Shown piece by piece: positions 60,467 to 64,000 of a DNA stretch of 64,000 nucleotides (its first letter is position 1; each line of letters starts with the position of its first letter). A program made the translations under genes and the position numbers. The DNA is taken from the NCBI GenBank assembly GCA_965645245.1, contig OZ287073.1:434001-498000 (forward strand). Reading direction: 5' to 3'. The notes under the pieces are model-generated. The model was not told the origin of the DNA. It made no database searches and was given only the letters and a program-made list of their open reading frames with translations. This DNA comes from Massalongia carnosa. Its lineage: Eukaryota.

Positions 60467-62164
60467 ATCGTCGGCTCGCTTACCTCCGGGATCCGACTTG
60501 AAAAAATGTCGACCGCATTTTAGTCGGGGAAAGCGGTTGCATCCCGGAAAGCGGTTGCATCCCGGAAAGCGGTTGCATCCCGGAAAGCGGTTGCATCCCG
60601 GAAAGCGGTTGCATCCCCCCAAATTCAAATTTCTTTATCTTTTTGATCATTGACCAACAACCACATTGATTAAAAATCAGCCGATACCGTACATAGCTTG
60701 AAAATCATCGCCGTTATCATCACCGTCGTCAAAATCATTTCCCTTGACTCCCCTGACCCCCTGACCCTCGTGATTCTCCGCTTACTCCGCATACCCCGCA
60801 TACCCCGCATTCTAACAATCATTCGCATCTCCTGGTTGAAAAGATGCTTCCGAATCGAATTCTTTCAATGATTCTTCCAAATCGAAAGATACGAAATCAT
60901 CTCGTAGCCATGTTTCTCCTTCTGGAAGATCTGGAAGGATTGAATTATCTCCATGACCAGTGCTATCTACGATAAACGTGACATCTTCCTCATTGACATT
61001 GGCACGCGGATTCTTTCTAATTTCCTTCTTCGCTTCCTCAGCTATCCATACCTCATTCGTGGCCTTCCAGAATGCCTCGGGGTCAGGAATCTTCTCATAC
61101 ATCTTAATTGGAATGGGACCGAGCATTTTCTGCATTTCTTTCAGCTGTTTAACTCGATCTCTTTCTGCTTTTCGAGCAGCCAATCCCTTGACATGCATTT
61201 CGTCTCTTTTTATTCGCCATAGCTTCATGAAGCTATTACTCGCTCGTTTCTCCTCAGCCTCTTGATCCTGTTGTAGTCTGATGGCTATAGCCTGCTTTGA
61301 ATCTTCCGCTGTGATTCCCAATCTTCCGGTTTCTGGTCTCAGACGTTTACGAGACATTCGTCTGTTATTTAACTGACTTCTTGATTCTCGATGCATTTCC
61401 AGCTCCGTGCCATCGATAATTGCATTCGAAACAACTTCATTTGTATTGTCTACAAATGAGTCTCATTCCTCAGCCCGAGCGGGATCACTCCATTGCATGG
61501 ATTTTCTGATTTTCGGTCCCCATTGACTCAAACCATACTCAATGTCAGCTACTTTTGTCGGTTGGATTTGACGAGGTAGGGGTAGAGGTAATGAGGGCTC
61601 ATTATTCAGACTGTTTAATGAATCATTGGGATCATTGGGATTGAAATTTTTCAGCTGACGAATGCATGCCTTTGGATCAATCGGCCACTTTCCCGACTTT
61701 TCAAATGCATGCCGAATCGTAGAAGTCTTGAATGTATGATTTCTGATTTTGGTCAAGTCCTGTATAAATTGAGACAGAGAATACTCGACAAATGACGACG
61801 CAACGACTTCCTCAATAGCTTTGCAATGCCAATGCTCATAAGGCTGAAATACGCCCACATCCAATGGTTGCATGCAATGAGTTAAATGCGGTATAAAGGG
61901 AAAGGGTCCAATGCGATTCTCATTGGCCAAAAGTGAAAATTCAGGGGTTGTATGACTGCCATGATTATCCATCAGCAATAATTGCCATTCCGCATCAGGT
62001 CTTGCATTTTTATGTTTGATAAGATGCTTCAAATATTCAATTGCTATCTTATCAGATGTAAAACCACTGTTCGAGGGCACGACATACGTGCCCTCGGGCA
62101 CACCTTCTAAAAACCATGTGGCCATGATGTCATGACCCTGTACGATGATCATTGGAGGGGGGGG
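60467..62164 (-). mobile_element. Fot1/pogo transposon, copy 2 (3' half)
   Basis: Same TIR with five 18-bp repeats; near-identical to 43130-44771; interrupted by Copia-3. Confidence 0.9.
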
Positions 62165-64000
62165 TATGAAATATAAATTCACTTTGTAGGTATAGTAGCA
62201 TGATTATCATTGGAGGTGATTATCTATGTTGCGGAGGCTACGGATTATAGGGGTGGAAGTAGGAAACAACAGCAAAAAGTACGTGCGATGATCAAGCTGA
62301 TCCAATGGCAGGCTACTAATGATTGATTGAAAATGACTGAGGCTATCTATGGGGGCATATAGCCCATTATATACCGCTGCCTGCCTTGAGCACGATTCTC
62401 CCACTTTCTATGTGATCGGTCAGTCAAATGCTGATATGTAAGCTCGTCTTTGTCGGAGTTCCAAAGCTGACATATTTGCCTCATTATCAATCCACTGTAG
62501 AATGTTCGAATGTCTCCTAGAATATCAGACGCGGGATGTTGATGATAAATCCCAAGGTGGCCAATCCAAATACTTCCAATAGCTAGTGCGCATTGGGGTT
62601 AGTGCCATTTTCTATAAGCAGACATCTCGGCTATCCTCAACACTCCCACTCCGAGAATGTCTGAATAACTTCATGCCCTCGCATATCCTCGACTATCCGT
62701 GTCGTCTCCGGGGCCCGTCCCCAGGACCATGGGCCAAATGACCGATGTATGTTCCCCCCTCATTTCTAACCAATAATCTCTAGTCCCAGCCCGGCTCGGA
62801 GCATTCAATAACGGCCCTCCGGGCCAGTCCTCGAAGAATTCGGGGGCCGCATGCCAGCCGATTTTCTTCGTAACGGGGTTATAGACTCGATACTGTTTCG
62901 ACGAATGATAACCAACAAAAATTCCCTGAAATGACACGACATCCATTTTATCCCTTTTTTCACTGGGGATACGGGCATGCACCAAGCATCCGTAGGTTCG
63001 TATGTGATTCAGGTCCGGTTTTCGGCCATACCAGGCCTCATACGGGGTCATTTTTCCCCCGTGAGTATTCGTTGGTAGCCGATTTCTTAAATAATTGGCT
63101 ACCATCAGGGCCTCCCCCCAAAATTCTCTGGGTAATCCGGCCCATAATTGCATGGCCCTAACCATTTGCATTAGTGTCCGATTCATCCGCTCAGCGACCC
63201 CGTTTTGCTCGGGAGTGTACGGATCAGTAAATTCCATCAGAATGCCTTCATTCAAAAGGTCTTTTTTCAGAGCATGATATTCCTTGGCATTGTCGCTCCT
63301 AATCAGGGCCAGTTTTTCCCCTGTCTCGGCTTCGAATTTCGCTTTGTATCGATAGAAATTCTCCCTCAGGCTTGATCTGGGCCCGAAATACACCTCTGAC
63401 CGACGCGTGTAGTCGTCAATGAATGATAAAAAATACTGGGACCCCTGTAAATTCATTACTTTGTACGGGCCCCAATAGTCCGAGTATGTACGTTCCCCCC
63501 GGCGTGTGGCTTTTAATGGGGGCATTCGACTGATTATTTTCGTCATTTTGGTGTATTTGCAGGTGACGCATTTTTCGCCATCATGCTGATGCTTTATTGA
63601 ATTTCCGACTCCGGTGGTCAGAAATGGGAGCTTTTCAAGCCTCCCTGGTCCGACATGACCCATTCGGGCATGCCACAAAAGATATCCGTCCCGATTCGGA
63701 TTCGGAATATGCTTTTTCTTCGTCGTTATCATGTCGGTGACTAGGGCCACATCTTCTCTGGCAGGCCTCAATAAGTACGACGATCCAATCAGGACTCCCG
63801 TGGCCAGTAAGGCATCCCCTCGGGTTATTTCGACTCTATTCAGACCAAAGCGGACAGAAATTCCCTTTGTCTGAAGAGCTCGTATGGACAGAAGATTGGT
63901 GTCGAGCTCGGGGACGTATAACACCTCGGTTAATCGTATTTTCTCCCCGTTTCTCATCCGAATGAGAATATCTCCTCGACCAATTGACGAGATGACCGTT
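62165..64000 (-). mobile_element. Copia-3 (partial), related to Copia-2, lacking RT/RH
   Basis: Integrase ORF 62671-63957 (WHARMGH, SDYWGP, QNGVAER) runs straight into a Copia-2-like 3' UTR/PPT; 3' LTR at about 62165-62642. Confidence 0.85.

Overview
Eukaryotic, almost certainly filamentous-fungal (probably ascomycete) transposon cluster; most of the 64 kb is nested mobile DNA. Element ends were located by eye from terminal repeats and target-site duplications (TSDs). LTR elements: two Gypsy/chromovirus elements, a non-autonomous TRIM-like relative of one of them, three Copia elements and several solo LTRs. Other retroelements: one Ngaro-like tyrosine-recombinase (YR) retrotransposon and a Tad-like LINE. 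DNA transposons: a hAT and two hAT-type MITEs, two piggyBac-like elements, two copies of a deleted Mutator element, and Tc1, Fot1/pogo and CENP-B/Tigger-type elements. Only two non-TE genes are evident: a putative clan-CD (caspase/legumain-fold) cysteine peptidase and a class I SAM methyltransferase whose last codon is interrupted by the hAT. Best candidates for something new: (1) the YR retrotransposon, bounded by a 10-bp direct repeat (ATTGGGCATG) whose complement it carries internally, with no long split direct repeats; (2) piggyBac-like elements with non-TTAA ends; (3) covariation evidence for self-primed reverse transcription shared by the TRIM and its autonomous relative. No database searches were run; all family calls rest on motifs read from the sequence.
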